A stretch of DNA of 64,000 nt from an uncultured virus (IMG/VR IMGVR_UViG_3300020577_009925) (IMGVR_UViG_3300020577_009925), one strand, 5' to 3'; numbered from the stretch's first letter, positions 54,441 to 63,689 are shown. The notes: generated from the sequence alone by a model not told the origin. A program made the numbers and translations.

Positions 54441-54757
54441 TCAGAGATTCGCTTGGCGAAATCTTCAAATGACTCCCCGTCTTTTCGTATGCAGCCAAAC
54501 ACATACTCCGGATCAGGCATTAGCCCTTGAATGACCTTAACAACACCCTGAAAGGCCTCCAAAGCATATACTAGCCCACCCTTTGATGACATCGCTCTAG
54601 CTGCGTCAGCAATCTTCTGAGGCGAATCCAGATGTGGGCCCAGATTCACAAAGTTGATCACCTGTTCGTCACCAAAGTCATGCAGGACGCCAAAAAATCC
54701 CATGTCTGCTGCGCAGTGGTAGTAAAGGGCGACAGTCTCATTTCCTATATGAAGCAT
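54365..54757 (-). CDS. Hypothetical protein, paralog of 53730..54125
   Basis: Shared IRxxGExxxxFAK and C-terminal motif. Confidence 0.6.
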   Translation of the reverse strand: MLHIGNETVALYYHCAADMGFFGVLHDFGDEQVINFVNLGPHLDSPQKIADAARAMSSKGGLVYALEAFQGVVKVIQGLMPDPEYVFGCIRKDGESFEDFAKRISECKYLSMMPTLPTDYVPQDFDASMN

Positions 54758-55128
54758 CAGCGGCTCTCTTTCTCAGTTTTATGCGGCTCTTCTCCGGCTC
54801 TACTTTTCGCAACCGCCATCTGGGCAACGACCTGACCGAGTTGGCGAATTTGCACCTCATACACGTCAAGAATCCCCATCAGCTGAAGCTGCAGCGAGTT
54901 GCTTCGCTTAACACTGGTTGCGTAGCAGCCGATGATAAACAGCAAGAACGCAATCGCCGCTGTTGAAGCCCATGTCGCCAGCGACTCACCTTTGACGATT
55001 TGACCTACAGTTGTCAGCCCTTCAAACGTCCCGGCCGCAACCGTCACCATAATGACAAAGTTCTGTGCTGCACCGTCAATCGCTAGCCGTCTGCGAACTC
55101 GAGTTGAAATTGGTTTTGGCATCTCCAT
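54757..55128 (-). CDS. Two-TM membrane protein
   Basis: Two hydrophobic segments. Confidence 0.55.
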   Translation of the reverse strand: MEMPKPISTRVRRRLAIDGAAQNFVIMVTVAAGTFEGLTTVGQIVKGESLATWASTAAIAFLLFIIGCYATSVKRSNSLQLQLMGILDVYEVQIRQLGQVVAQMAVAKSRAGEEPHKTEKESR

Positions 55129-55152
55129 AAAACTTTCCTATGTCTAAAGTTG

Positions 55153-55488
55153 TTAACCTTCTAGTTCAATCCCCAACATCTTGGCGTACTTATCGTAGTC
55201 AATGTCCGCGGCCACGTAAGGCAGTATGACCTCGAAAAAGCTCTTCAACGGCAGCGGCCAGCAGTCCACGATCTCGAAAAAGATCAGTGCCGCCAGCAAC
55301 ATCGCGTCTTTAGCGGCAGGCAGATCCTTTGCTACCTCCGCCTTGAAAAGCAGAATCGCCTCTTGAGAGCGTACGTGGGTGCAGCTGAACTGCTCTCCGC
55401 CGTCTTCGACGAAGAATCCATAAAACACTTGCGGGGGCTCATGGAATCCTGCGAAGTAAACCTGCTCACTGGCGTAATAAGCCTGCAT
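55153..55488 (-). CDS. Hypothetical protein
   Basis: Co-oriented ORF. Confidence 0.55.
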   Translation of the reverse strand: MQAYYASEQVYFAGFHEPPQVFYGFFVEDGGEQFSCTHVRSQEAILLFKAEVAKDLPAAKDAMLLAALIFFEIVDCWPLPLKSFFEVILPYVAADIDYDKYAKMLGIELEG

Positions 55489-55514
55489 GTCACGTTCTTT
55501 CGTTTTAAGTTTGA

Positions 55515-55526
55515 GACAGCGCTGTC
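55515..55526 (+). repeat. Dispersed palindrome, copy 9 (intergenic)
   Basis: tga-GACAGCGCTGTC-gc. Confidence 0.95.
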
Positions 55527-55527
55527 G

Positions 55528-56028
55528 CTAAGCAGATAGCTCTCTACCAACAATCAGCTGCCCGTCGCGGACTAGCACATAGTAAAGAGGCGACCAGCCA
55601 TTATGCTTGAGGAAGTTTCTGAAATCACCATACTTGATGACCATACTGCGATACTCCTCAAACGGCGATGGACAAATCACCTTGGCGGCGTACTCAACGT
55701 CCTCAACACTCAGTGATCCGACTTCCCGCTTAACGGTGAACCCAGTTCCGATTCTCTGATGTGGAACGTGCTTGGTGCTCAAGGTGAATCCCCAAATATT
55801 TAGCTCCACGTAAGCGAAGTTGCCGTCTTTGTGAGCCTGGAAATAGCGGGACTTACCAAAGGGCGGCTTTCGCCAAAACACGTCCCAGCCTGCAGCGATC
55901 AGCTCCTTAGCCAAGCTGTCTAACTCAGGCTCTTCGAATAGCTGCGTAGCGCGAGCTGCAACTTCTTCATCCGTCAAATCCCTAGTCGGATCTCTGTAGA
56001 ACTTATCGTCAGGTGGTTGTTGGCTCAT
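55528..56028 (-). CDS. Hypothetical protein
   Basis: Co-oriented ORF overlapping its neighbour. Confidence 0.55.
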   Translation of the reverse strand: MSQQPPDDKFYRDPTRDLTDEEVAARATQLFEEPELDSLAKELIAAGWDVFWRKPPFGKSRYFQAHKDGNFAYVELNIWGFTLSTKHVPHQRIGTGFTVKREVGSLSVEDVEYAAKVICPSPFEEYRSMVIKYGDFRNFLKHNGWSPLYYVLVRDGQLIVGRELSA

Positions 56029-56434
56029 TTGTGCTCTCGCCTTGCGTAGAACCGCCTCGAAACTTCGCCTGCAGCTCCACGTACTCTTTGATCATCGGGA
56101 TAATTGCCTCACGATCTTTGTCAGTCATGAACTGCATTGTCATGAACATCGGATATCCGTTGATGGCTCTGGGACCAGCCTGATTAACGTACTCGTAAAT
56201 ACCGCCGATATTTCGTGGCAACTGCGCTGGACCACAAAAGGACAGCGGCAAGAATACCAGTCGCACTGTTGCGTCGTCGTCAACTTGCCAATCTCCAAAG
56301 ATCTTTCCTTCAACCATCTCAATGGCCAGCTGTCGTAGTTCCGCCTCACTCTTGTCTGGTTGAGGTGGCCCCATCTTGTTTAACCGCTCTTCCAGCTTTT
56401 GCTCGTCAGTTAGCTCTACCGTTTCCTCACTCAT
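56009..56434 (-). CDS. Hypothetical protein
   Basis: GGAG RBS; IYEYxxQAGPRAINGYPMF motif. Confidence 0.6.
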   Translation of the reverse strand: MSEETVELTDEQKLEERLNKMGPPQPDKSEAELRQLAIEMVEGKIFGDWQVDDDATVRLVFLPLSFCGPAQLPRNIGGIYEYVNQAGPRAINGYPMFMTMQFMTDKDREAIIPMIKEYVELQAKFRGGSTQGESTNEPTTT

Positions 56435-56651
56435 TTAGATTCTCCTGTGCAACTCGCGGCGGCTGCTCTATTAGTCTGTCACTCGACACATACATCTGAT
56501 AAAGGCCCTCACTGAAACAAACTCCCCAAGAAGATTGCACCAACACTGGAGCCCCGTCGCCTACCGTACCCACTAGGATCTCCACCCACAGGTAGATGCC
56601 GTAGACATGATCCCAAAGCATCCACTGAGGTTTACGCCTACTCGGACTCAC
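56427..56651 (-). CDS. Small hypothetical protein
   Basis: 4-nt overlap coupling with the upstream gene. Confidence 0.4.
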   Translation of the reverse strand: MSPSRRKPQWMLWDHVYGIYLWVEILVGTVGDGAPVLVQSSWGVCFSEGLYQMYVSSDRLIEQPPRVAQENLNE

Positions 56652-56905
56652 TCAACCTCATCCGCGTCAAATGCCGTAGCCTCTATGCCTGGCTCATTGG
56701 CCTTGGACTTCTCAAGAACCTCGTAAGTCCGATCAGTTACTCCTTGGCTAGTCTGATCAGACTCTTCACCGTCGCCTATCCACCGATGAGCCGCACCCTT
56801 CGCTGCTGAAAGTTCACCGGAGGCAGTAACGTCGTAAATTCGAGTTTCGACAATCGTTTCGATGATCTTGACCTGGAATGTCCTGAGCTCGCGTTTCTTA
56901 GCCAC
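56648..56905 (-). CDS. Small acidic hypothetical protein
   Basis: GTG at 56905 overlaps the upstream stop. Confidence 0.5.
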   Translation of the reverse strand: MAKKRELRTFQVKIIETIVETRIYDVTASGELSAAKGAAHRWIGDGEESDQTSQGVTDRTYEVLEKSKANEPGIEATAFDADEVE

Positions 56906-57797
56906 CGAGCTTATCTCCAGGATCGAGACCGTGAACGAGTCCAACACAACCACCGCTGTTGGGCATCACCTTTACTCCGCTGGAATCAATCGAAGCTACC
57001 CAAGCTTCAATCTCGCCTTTCTCCGCAGCCAAACCAATGTGCAGTACATCCTTAGTCATTCCGAGGACAACGTAATTGCCGTTTGGAAGTTCAATTGCAG
57101 TGCCCTCATTAGAGATATGGTGAATCTGCACATAGTCACCTTGCGGATGAATCACTGGAGCAACAGGTAGCTTGGTGATCGAACCACCGTAATTCTCAAC
57201 CATCTTTCGAGCGTGAGCGAGGATCTTGTAGTAGTCGACGTCGTAAGGGATTCGCTTAAGCCACTCAAGACAAACATCAGAATGTGCTCCCCGTTTTTGA
57301 CCTTCGACGGTGTTATTGGTCAACAACATCGACACCGCATACGACACACCCTCAAGCACGAACTCAAAGCCCTGTGCGTTGTCGCTACGAAGTTCGTTGT
57401 CATAATGCTCGTTGATGAAGTAGCACTGCTGGGCGATCACCTGCGCCAGCTGCTCGTCATTCCACTTAAGAGGATTCGCGTCCTCAGGTGGGAAGTCTGG
57501 GTCTTCAGGACAGTAAATATCCACCCCGAGCTTCTCCCATCGCCGAGCCAATAGCTCGATCTCCTCAGCGTCTCTATGAACATCCATCCCATGAAGCTCA
57601 AGCATTGCCGCGGCCTCACCGTTACCCCGGATGGCCTGCAGTCTCACCTGGTGAACCGCGTCGTCGTCACTCATCGTATCTGGAGCCGTCTCATCACACT
57701 TCTGAATCCGCAGCTTACCACTATCTGTGCAGAACAGATCTGCGTGATATGGGTGAAGTGCGATGAACGCTTTGATCACTCGTTTTTTCTTTGCCAT
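56898..57797 (-). CDS. Hypothetical protein
   Basis: 299-aa co-oriented ORF. Confidence 0.6.
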   Translation of the reverse strand: MAKKKRVIKAFIALHPYHADLFCTDSGKLRIQKCDETAPDTMSDDDAVHQVRLQAIRGNGEAAAMLELHGMDVHRDAEEIELLARRWEKLGVDIYCPEDPDFPPEDANPLKWNDEQLAQVIAQQCYFINEHYDNELRSDNAQGFEFVLEGVSYAVSMLLTNNTVEGQKRGAHSDVCLEWLKRIPYDVDYYKILAHARKMVENYGGSITKLPVAPVIHPQGDYVQIHHISNEGTAIELPNGNYVVLGMTKDVLHIGLAAEKGEIEAWVASIDSSGVKVMPNSGGCVGLVHGLDPGDKLGG

Positions 57798-58199
57798 TTA
57801 TCCCTCAACCAGAAAGAAGTTAGGTATCTCATCGGACAAGAATAGCTCTACTACCTTGCACATCATCTCGGCTAGCTCGGGCGTAACCAGCACCAGATCA
57901 TAGTCCACCATCGTTTGCCCGTACTCGGTCCACGTGTAAGGTCGCAGGACCCCGTAGGCAGATCTGGTGCCCTCTCGCTCACCCCTGAGCGTCTTGATTT
58001 TGTACCACTACCTGACGACTACAACAGCCACGCCGAACTTGCCGCCAAACTCTAAGTACCGGTCGTCAATAACCTCATACTCCTCACCACTGAGCTTGTA
58101 GCTAGGCCAGGAATCCTCATGGATCTCCACCTTCAGCGAACTGGGCCAATACTGTGCTCCAGCGGCGACTGTCTTTGCGTCTTCAAGGTTGATCGGCAT
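57798..58199 (-). pseudogene. ORF interrupted by a single in-frame TAG (58008-58010)
   Basis: The frame of 58008..58199 stays open for 69 more codons to TAA at 57798, filling the otherwise empty gap. Confidence 0.4.
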
Positions 58200-59424
58200 G
58201 TTGCTCCCTGTACTCTAGTCCGATATCGATACATCCAGCCACCAAGTCAGCTATCGACCCGTATTGATACTGACTGATCGCCAAATCAATAGTCGCTTGA
58301 TCCAGTCCCTTGAGCATGCGGTGACATACTTCGCGGGCGATCGTTTCATCGACATTCTTAAACTCCACGATTTCCCCGGCGCGGCCTGGCCGCCTCACCG
58401 CTGGGTCAATCTTCTGATAGTCGTTGGTTGTCACAAACACAGCAACACCGTCAACCTCCGCAACGCCGCTAAGGCACTGCAAGAACGTGTCAAACGACAA
58501 ACCGTTATCGAGGTGAACGGGTGTTCGACCATCAAACACGTTGTCGAGGTCTTCGAACAGGGCTATGCAAGGAGTATTCGCCAGTACGATCTTCCAGTAG
58601 TTAGTCAGCTCGTTACTGCTCATCGTTCCCAAATCAAATTGGAAGATCGGTAGGCCGTAATCCATGGCGATCGCGCGGACCATCGAACTCTTACCCGTTC
58701 CTGGAGGACCGTAAAGACAAGCTCCGAACTTCCAAGGTATGTTTCGCTCCAGGTACCAGGCACGGCCGCGGTACCAATTCCTAAACTTAGTTACCAAGTT
58801 CTCGAGTTCGTCGGTTGTCATCGTCTGCAGAAGCGTCGGCACGCCCTTACCGGACTCGCCGATATCCTCCTGCTTGCAAGTGATAAATCTGGTTCGGCTC
58901 TGTAATGGGCCCATCGCAGGCTTAGCAGTCTGATCTCCAGGTGGCATGACATCGACGCTCTTGTCTCTCCCCTGAAACACTGTTACGCCATACCGATGCT
59001 GCCTGTCATCAGTGTTGACTGAGTAATCCCTGGCCAGCGTCAGAAGCTCATCCCGGTCAAACGTACCTCGGATGAAACTGAGCATCTTGAAACCGCTCTG
59101 GGGATTGCCCGCATTCGCGCACGCACCAAGCCAAACAGGCCAGATACCTAGCCACCAAAACCCTCCCTGCTCCGGCATTTCGAACATCTGTAGTTCCCAT
59201 TTGTTGGTTCCCTTCATCTGGTAGATCCCACCACCAACGCTCGTCACCCCGTGCCTAGCCTTCTTGCCGTACTTGGCGAAGTAAAGACCTAGGGCCTTAG
59301 CGGAATTCCAGTCCAGCTCAACTCGCACGATTGCGTAGCTGGAGATGCTGATCCAAAACGACTTGACCTGATTCCAGGCCATGGCCAAAGCAGCAACAAC
59401 TGCACCAATCCAAACTGTGTTCAA
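58183..59424 (-). CDS. BCS1-like membrane-anchored AAA+ ATPase
   Basis: N-terminal TM; WYLERNIPWKFGACLYGPPGTGKSS; FEDLD; TTN...IDPAVRRPGR. Confidence 0.85.
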   Translation of the reverse strand: MNTVWIGAVVAALAMAWNQVKSFWISISSYAIVRVELDWNSAKALGLYFAKYGKKARHGVTSVGGGIYQMKGTNKWELQMFEMPEQGGFWWLGIWPVWLGACANAGNPQSGFKMLSFIRGTFDRDELLTLARDYSVNTDDRQHRYGVTVFQGRDKSVDVMPPGDQTAKPAMGPLQSRTRFITCKQEDIGESGKGVPTLLQTMTTDELENLVTKFRNWYRGRAWYLERNIPWKFGACLYGPPGTGKSSMVRAIAMDYGLPIFQFDLGTMSSNELTNYWKIVLANTPCIALFEDLDNVFDGRTPVHLDNGLSFDTFLQCLSGVAEVDGVAVFVTTNDYQKIDPAVRRPGRAGEIVEFKNVDETIAREVCHRMLKGLDQATIDLAISQYQYGSIADLVAGCIDIGLEYREQHADQP

Positions 59425-59570
59425 CGTACTCTCCTAATTGAAGCGATTGCAGACTCCGGACATCCCTCGGTCTTCATGGTTAGCTCAACTGCACTAGCGA
59501 TCGAACGAGCCCATAACGTCAGAAAACACTCGCCACGGTCATGCCTGAGCAGGACCTTGTACTTGTTCAT
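59421..59570 (-). CDS. Small hypothetical protein
   Basis: AGGAG RBS before ATG 59570 (MNKYKV...). Confidence 0.5.
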   Translation of the reverse strand: MNKYKVLLRHDRGECFLTLWARSIASAVELTMKTEGCPESAIASIRRVR

Positions 59571-59597
59571 GGAAACTCTCCTAGATAGGTAAACGCA

Positions 59598-59628
59598 AAG
59601 AGCCGGGCACTTGTGATGCCCGGCTCTT
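59598..59628 (-). terminator. Strong hairpin / terminator
   Basis: 12-bp stem aagagccgggca/tgcccggctctt. Confidence 0.6.
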
Positions 59629-59659
59629 CTATTAGTCAATCGACGCGTTTAACTACAAT

Positions 59660-60187
59660 CTATCGCTGATACGCAGCTGACCAGTACCAACGTCCATCAG
59701 TACCCTGAGCACCCGCCCTAGCAATCAGTCCGTGACCTACACAGTGACTCGGGTCGCTCGGTGAGTGACTCATACCAACTCCAGCCATACGTGCACCCGG
59801 GGCAACACCAAATAGGTGACCATGGCGTCTATTGGCAGCTTGAGCCTGCGCCTCTGCCAAACAGTGCTGATAAGCTGCTGTTCCAACTCCGACGTCAGCC
59901 AAACTTCCTCCGCCTGTTCCTGCATAGCTGTAAGCCTGATATCCGCCGTACTGCTGTGGCTGAGCTGTCTGATAGCCGCCGTCGCTGTACACCACGGTCT
60001 GACCGTAGTTCTGCGAATGTGCCCCACGAGCATGCCCAAAGATGATTCCCGGTCGAGCGTTGTTGACTGCGCGAGCAAGTCTCCGCAAGGGTCCGTCAGC
60101 ATTAAGCGGGCTGAGGTTGAACGACAGCAATGCTACCACTGCCAAAACGATTGTAACTGGCTTCTTCATAAAGCTCTCCATGTTCAC
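59660..60187 (-). CDS. Secreted protein with a reduced CAP/SCP-like C-terminal domain
   Basis: Signal peptide ending ...LNA-DGPLRRL; C-terminal GH...GVG...C...GTDGRWYW. Confidence 0.5.
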   Translation of the reverse strand: MNMESFMKKPVTIVLAVVALLSFNLSPLNADGPLRRLARAVNNARPGIIFGHARGAHSQNYGQTVVYSDGGYQTAQPQQYGGYQAYSYAGTGGGSLADVGVGTAAYQHCLAEAQAQAANRRHGHLFGVAPGARMAGVGMSHSPSDPSHCVGHGLIARAGAQGTDGRWYWSAAYQR

Positions 60188-60190
60188 GCA

Positions 60191-60934
60191 CTAGGGCGTT
60201 GTAGTGACCGCCGGCTCTGTGCCGACAAGAAATTTACCTAACTCAGCCGCACTGTAATCAACACTCTTGATCACTTTCGCGTCTGAGTTCCGCAATACTC
60301 GGTAGTAGCGTCTCTCGTTGATTTCGCACTGCTCGAACCGACATGGAACTCCAAGTCGCTCCTGAGCAGCAACAGTTCTTTCAGCTTCTTCCTGAGTCTC
60401 GCACAACTTGCTCATATTCGAGCGGTGCACCTCCTCAAAGGCATCAGCAAGTACCGGCAAAAAGCCTGTAAACACAGCAATGTGTCGCAGCTGTATCAAC
60501 ATGTCTTCGAATGTGATTCGCAGTCCAATGTTGACAACCGTCCCTACTTCATCACCCGGCCTGTTCGTCAGAGCCAAGAATCGGGACATAATCCTGTCCC
60601 ACTCTGCCTTCCCAATATCCCACTTGTAAGCGAACACCGGCTTGGTGCTAGCGAGTAAGACGTCGATATTGGGGAATTTCTTCGAGTTGACGTAACCATA
60701 CGACAACATCGAACCGACAACGACATAAAAACTGTCGCAAAGACCATCCAAAATCTCTCGGCGGTTGCCCGTCTTAAATCCTGTCGTCAACTCTTCAAAT
60801 TCTTCCGTCATCAAATTCACCCGAAGCTGGCGAACTTGCTCAGACTGCAATGTTGGGGTCTCAGCCTGGGTAACACCAAATGCTGAATGAAACTCCCGCA
60901 AAGCCGCGATCATGCGGTTAACAGTCAAACTCAT
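60191..60934 (-). CDS. MazG/PRA-PH-like nucleoside triphosphate pyrophosphohydrolase
   Basis: EEFEEL...EILDGLCD and AFEEVHRSNMSK...KVIKS motifs; ATG at 60934 preferred. Confidence 0.8.
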   Translation of the reverse strand: MSLTVNRMIAALREFHSAFGVTQAETPTLQSEQVRQLRVNLMTEEFEELTTGFKTGNRREILDGLCDSFYVVVGSMLSYGYVNSKKFPNIDVLLASTKPVFAYKWDIGKAEWDRIMSRFLALTNRPGDEVGTVVNIGLRITFEDMLIQLRHIAVFTGFLPVLADAFEEVHRSNMSKLCETQEEAERTVAAQERLGVPCRFEQCEINERRYYRVLRNSDAKVIKSVDYSAAELGKFLVGTEPAVTTTP

Positions 60935-60969
60935 CGAATTCCCTTTGTTAAGTAACAAGGGCGGGTTGA

Positions 60970-60981
60970 GACAGCGCTGTC
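60970..60981 (+). repeat. Dispersed palindrome, copy 10 (intergenic, within a 30-bp extended inverted repeat)
   Basis: gcgggttga-GACAGCGCTGTC-gcaacccgc. Confidence 0.95.
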
Positions 60982-61029
60982 GCAACCCGCTCACTTGCTT
61001 CTGGACCGCCTGTGGCGACCATCCGTTTG

Positions 61030-61614
61030 TTATTGGTCCGACCTACGGCTAGGGTGACCAACTGGATAATCAAATGCTCCGCAGTTCTCCTGCCAGCACA
61101 GAGGTATCCTACCGCTGATTACCTTATCGTAGCTTTCGTCGAAGTGCAACGCCTTGACCCGCCCTAAATAGCCTGTTGCGGTCTGACAAACCGTAAACTC
61201 TACCCTTCCTAACTTTCCGTCAGGACGCCTAAGGGTGACTACGGCCGCCGTAAATGGCGTATCCATCTTGTCAACGTGCAAAGTTACAACATAAGTGGGC
61301 GGATTATGTTTTCCGTCACTGAGAACCCCGGTTTCAACCAGGTGTGGATGCTTATCCAGCGGTGCAGCTTCCTGCGGCGAGTATTCTCTTAGCGGGAAAC
61401 CGTCATCAACAACCTCAGTTGTCGCTTCGTCAACGATCAGAACAATTCGAGGATCGGTCATTCCAAGTTCGGGCCTGGCCTCCCAATTCTGGAACAGCTC
61501 ATCCTTCTCGTACATCAGCTTGACCTTGGCAGCGCATTCCTCAAGCGAACTGGCGCTAACCTCCGTGGTTCCATAGCAAGAACAGTCAAATGCCCAATCA
61601 ACTAGGAACTTCAC
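61030..61614 (-). CDS. Hypothetical protein
   Basis: GTG at 61614 overlaps the upstream gene end. Confidence 0.5.
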   Translation of the reverse strand: MKFLVDWAFDCSCYGTTEVSASSLEECAAKVKLMYEKDELFQNWEARPELGMTDPRIVLIVDEATTEVVDDGFPLREYSPQEAAPLDKHPHLVETGVLSDGKHNPPTYVVTLHVDKMDTPFTAAVVTLRRPDGKLGRVEFTVCQTATGYLGRVKALHFDESYDKVISGRIPLCWQENCGAFDYPVGHPSRRSDQ

Positions 61615-62134
61615 TGCTGCCACCTTTGCCAATCTCGATCTTCTCCCAGCCGCAGAAACCCGTCTGATCGATGTAGACCTCACTAAGCAAGTCAGGTCGG
61701 CCAATCTCAGCAGCGAACTCAGCTACAACCTCAATGGCCTTGCCCTTGCTCAGCGGCTCGTCGTCATAGTGAGTCCAGATCTTCTCAGTGAACTTCTGAC
61801 CATCGGGACGAGCAGCATCAATACACCAGCCATCACTATCCTGCTCGAAGATGCGAATACGCGTTGCCTCCGATGGTTGGATGTAACAGTCGAGGCTGTT
61901 CTGAAGCTCGTCGTTCATCTCCTGCAGGAACATCTCACTGGAGTCTTTGATCAACTTGTTGAAGTCGATCCGTCGCTGCGCACACCAGTGAATGCAGTTG
62001 GTCAGGAGATCGGAAACAACAACCTTTGGATTGTGCTCTAGATCTCCTGCCACGTCCGCCTTAGTCACCTTCGCAAACGTCTCTAGGGCCTGGGCGAAAA
62101 ACCCAGCCCTGTCCTGATTGGTTATCTCACTCAT
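61598..62134 (-). CDS. Hypothetical protein
   Basis: Co-oriented, overlapping ORF. Confidence 0.55.
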   Translation of the reverse strand: MSEITNQDRAGFFAQALETFAKVTKADVAGDLEHNPKVVVSDLLTNCIHWCAQRRIDFNKLIKDSSEMFLQEMNDELQNSLDCYIQPSEATRIRIFEQDSDGWCIDAARPDGQKFTEKIWTHYDDEPLSKGKAIEVVAEFAAEIGRPDLLSEVYIDQTGFCGWEKIEIGKGGSSEVPS

Positions 62135-62993
62135 TGCTGCTTTCCAAGGTTTTGACCTTCAAGAGTCTTTTCTGAATCACGGCTGCCTGCTCCTTGCGAA
62201 GCTCAATACTGATACTCGACCGTCCGTGCTTCTTAGCCATAGCTGCCGTTGTACCTGATCCTCCAAAGACATCCAGGACGATGCCGTCCGGGGGACAGTA
62301 AATCTGCACCATCTGCTCAGCCAGCCACTCTGGATACGGAGCCTCGTTTTCATTGGAGAGCTCGTCACCCATGTGGCCGCCGCCAACTGCGCCACACCAG
62401 AAGATGTTGCCTACGTTTACCTTTTCCGGTGGCTTGTAGTCGGTCTCGGAGATATTGCGTCCGCCGTCTTTACGCCTAGGTCTGGTTCTACCTCCAGGTG
62501 CGAACTTCGGCGGTTCTCCTGTTGCAGTAGGGTCAATCCACGCTGTTTTAGGATCGCCAACTGCGCAGATAATGAACTCCCAATTGTTGCGGAGCACCTT
62601 GAAGCGACCAGGAAGCGAGTACCGGCCGTAGATGGCGGGTTTACACATCTTGATCCCCATCCGCACAAGGTCTGCATGCAGTAGGATAGGTTCAGATGTG
62701 TAATGCATACTCTGCATTCCAGCGCCTTCAATGACCCAGCAGACCATTCCTCGAGTTACTCGCAAGCACTCGAGGAATCGCACTTTAGCCCATTCAACCC
62801 ACTCCTCGCCTTTGAGGTTCCACCCGATGCCTAGGTCCCGCTGAGCCGCATAAGGGGGACTACAGATCGTTGTCGACACGCTTTTGGATTCTCGCTTCTT
62901 CAGCCAGTTCAAGCAGTCGTCAACAACGATTTCGTGTATCTGCACACCTTCTAACTTCGTTCCCTTGCCAGCTCTCGATGTCGGTTTACTCAT
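62127..62993 (-). CDS. Beta-class N4-cytosine/N6-adenine DNA methyltransferase
   Basis: CSPPY catalytic motif precedes the VLDVFGGSGTT SAM-binding motif. Confidence 0.88.
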   Translation of the reverse strand: MSKPTSRAGKGTKLEGVQIHEIVVDDCLNWLKKRESKSVSTTICSPPYAAQRDLGIGWNLKGEEWVEWAKVRFLECLRVTRGMVCWVIEGAGMQSMHYTSEPILLHADLVRMGIKMCKPAIYGRYSLPGRFKVLRNNWEFIICAVGDPKTAWIDPTATGEPPKFAPGGRTRPRRKDGGRNISETDYKPPEKVNVGNIFWCGAVGGGHMGDELSNENEAPYPEWLAEQMVQIYCPPDGIVLDVFGGSGTTAAMAKKHGRSSISIELRKEQAAVIQKRLLKVKTLESSNE

Positions 62994-63190
62994 TCTCGCA
63001 TGAACCCCAGAAAGTAATGTTCCTTGGCGGGCCCAAGTCTAAACGATGCAGACGGACTGCCGCAGATCTCTTGAGCCTCCTCCAATGTATACGTCTCTTC
63101 TCCGAATCGCTCCCGCGGCTTGCCAGACTCGGGCGACCAGAACTTCATGATGATGTAGCGGTCCTCTTCGTCTTCATCGTAGTCACTCAT
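62990..63190 (-). CDS. Small hypothetical protein
   Basis: ATG 63190 (MSDYDE...), YTLEEAQEIC motif. Confidence 0.5.
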   Translation of the reverse strand: MSDYDEDEEDRYIIMKFWSPESGKPRERFGEETYTLEEAQEICGSPSASFRLGPAKEHYFLGFMRE

Positions 63191-63662
63191 CGCTGGTATC
63201 CACTTGATGCAATGACTGTTCCTCCAAAAATGTCCGCACGTGTGCAGGTCCATACTTTGCGGACAGCGCTACTGCTGTCACCATCGCGAGTACCGCATCG
63301 GGATCTTCCCACTCAGTGGACTCCCACATGCAGACCTCACCCTCGCCGTCGATAACGTGCACCGATTCATGGGTCGTGAAAACCCCTGGAACCAACTCAT
63401 GCAGGCCGTTAATGAACTCCCATACCTCAGGGTCAGTAACAATGACCACATTCTTCGTGCTGAGGTAGTTAACGATATCCGTCTGCATCTGGCCTGCAGC
63501 GTGGGCATCAACAACCAGGGAGCTATGCAAGCATTCCATCAAACCTGAGTTGATAGCTACAACGTGCCCCGTTGATGTTGGGTAAGTCTTGACCTCAACT
63601 CGCTTGATCCCGTCATCAACCATCTGATCGAGCATCAGACAAATGTGATTGGCTAGTGCCAT
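63183..63662 (-). CDS. Hypothetical protein
   Basis: AGGAG RBS. Confidence 0.6.
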   Translation of the reverse strand: MALANHICLMLDQMVDDGIKRVEVKTYPTSTGHVVAINSGLMECLHSSLVVDAHAAGQMQTDIVNYLSTKNVVIVTDPEVWEFINGLHELVPGVFTTHESVHVIDGEGEVCMWESTEWEDPDAVLAMVTAVALSAKYGPAHVRTFLEEQSLHQVDTSDE

Positions 63663-63677
63663 AGATTCTCCTATTGC

Positions 63678-63689
63678 GACAGCGCTGTC
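63678..63689 (-). repeat. Dispersed palindrome, copy 11 (intergenic)
   Basis: ttgc-GACAGCGCTGTC-tca. Confidence 0.95.

Noticed and set aside
231..63548. Numerous plus-strand ORFs in the track (e.g. 896..1516, 20918..21499, 30330..30908)
   Set aside because: They are antisense shadows of well-supported minus-strand genes. Only 48257..48547 occupies its own space with an RBS and terminator.
1836..63689. Dispersed palindrome as a CRISPR array or REP/terminator
   Set aside because: Copies are kilobases apart, mostly inside coding sequence, with no loop or U-tract and no cas genes.
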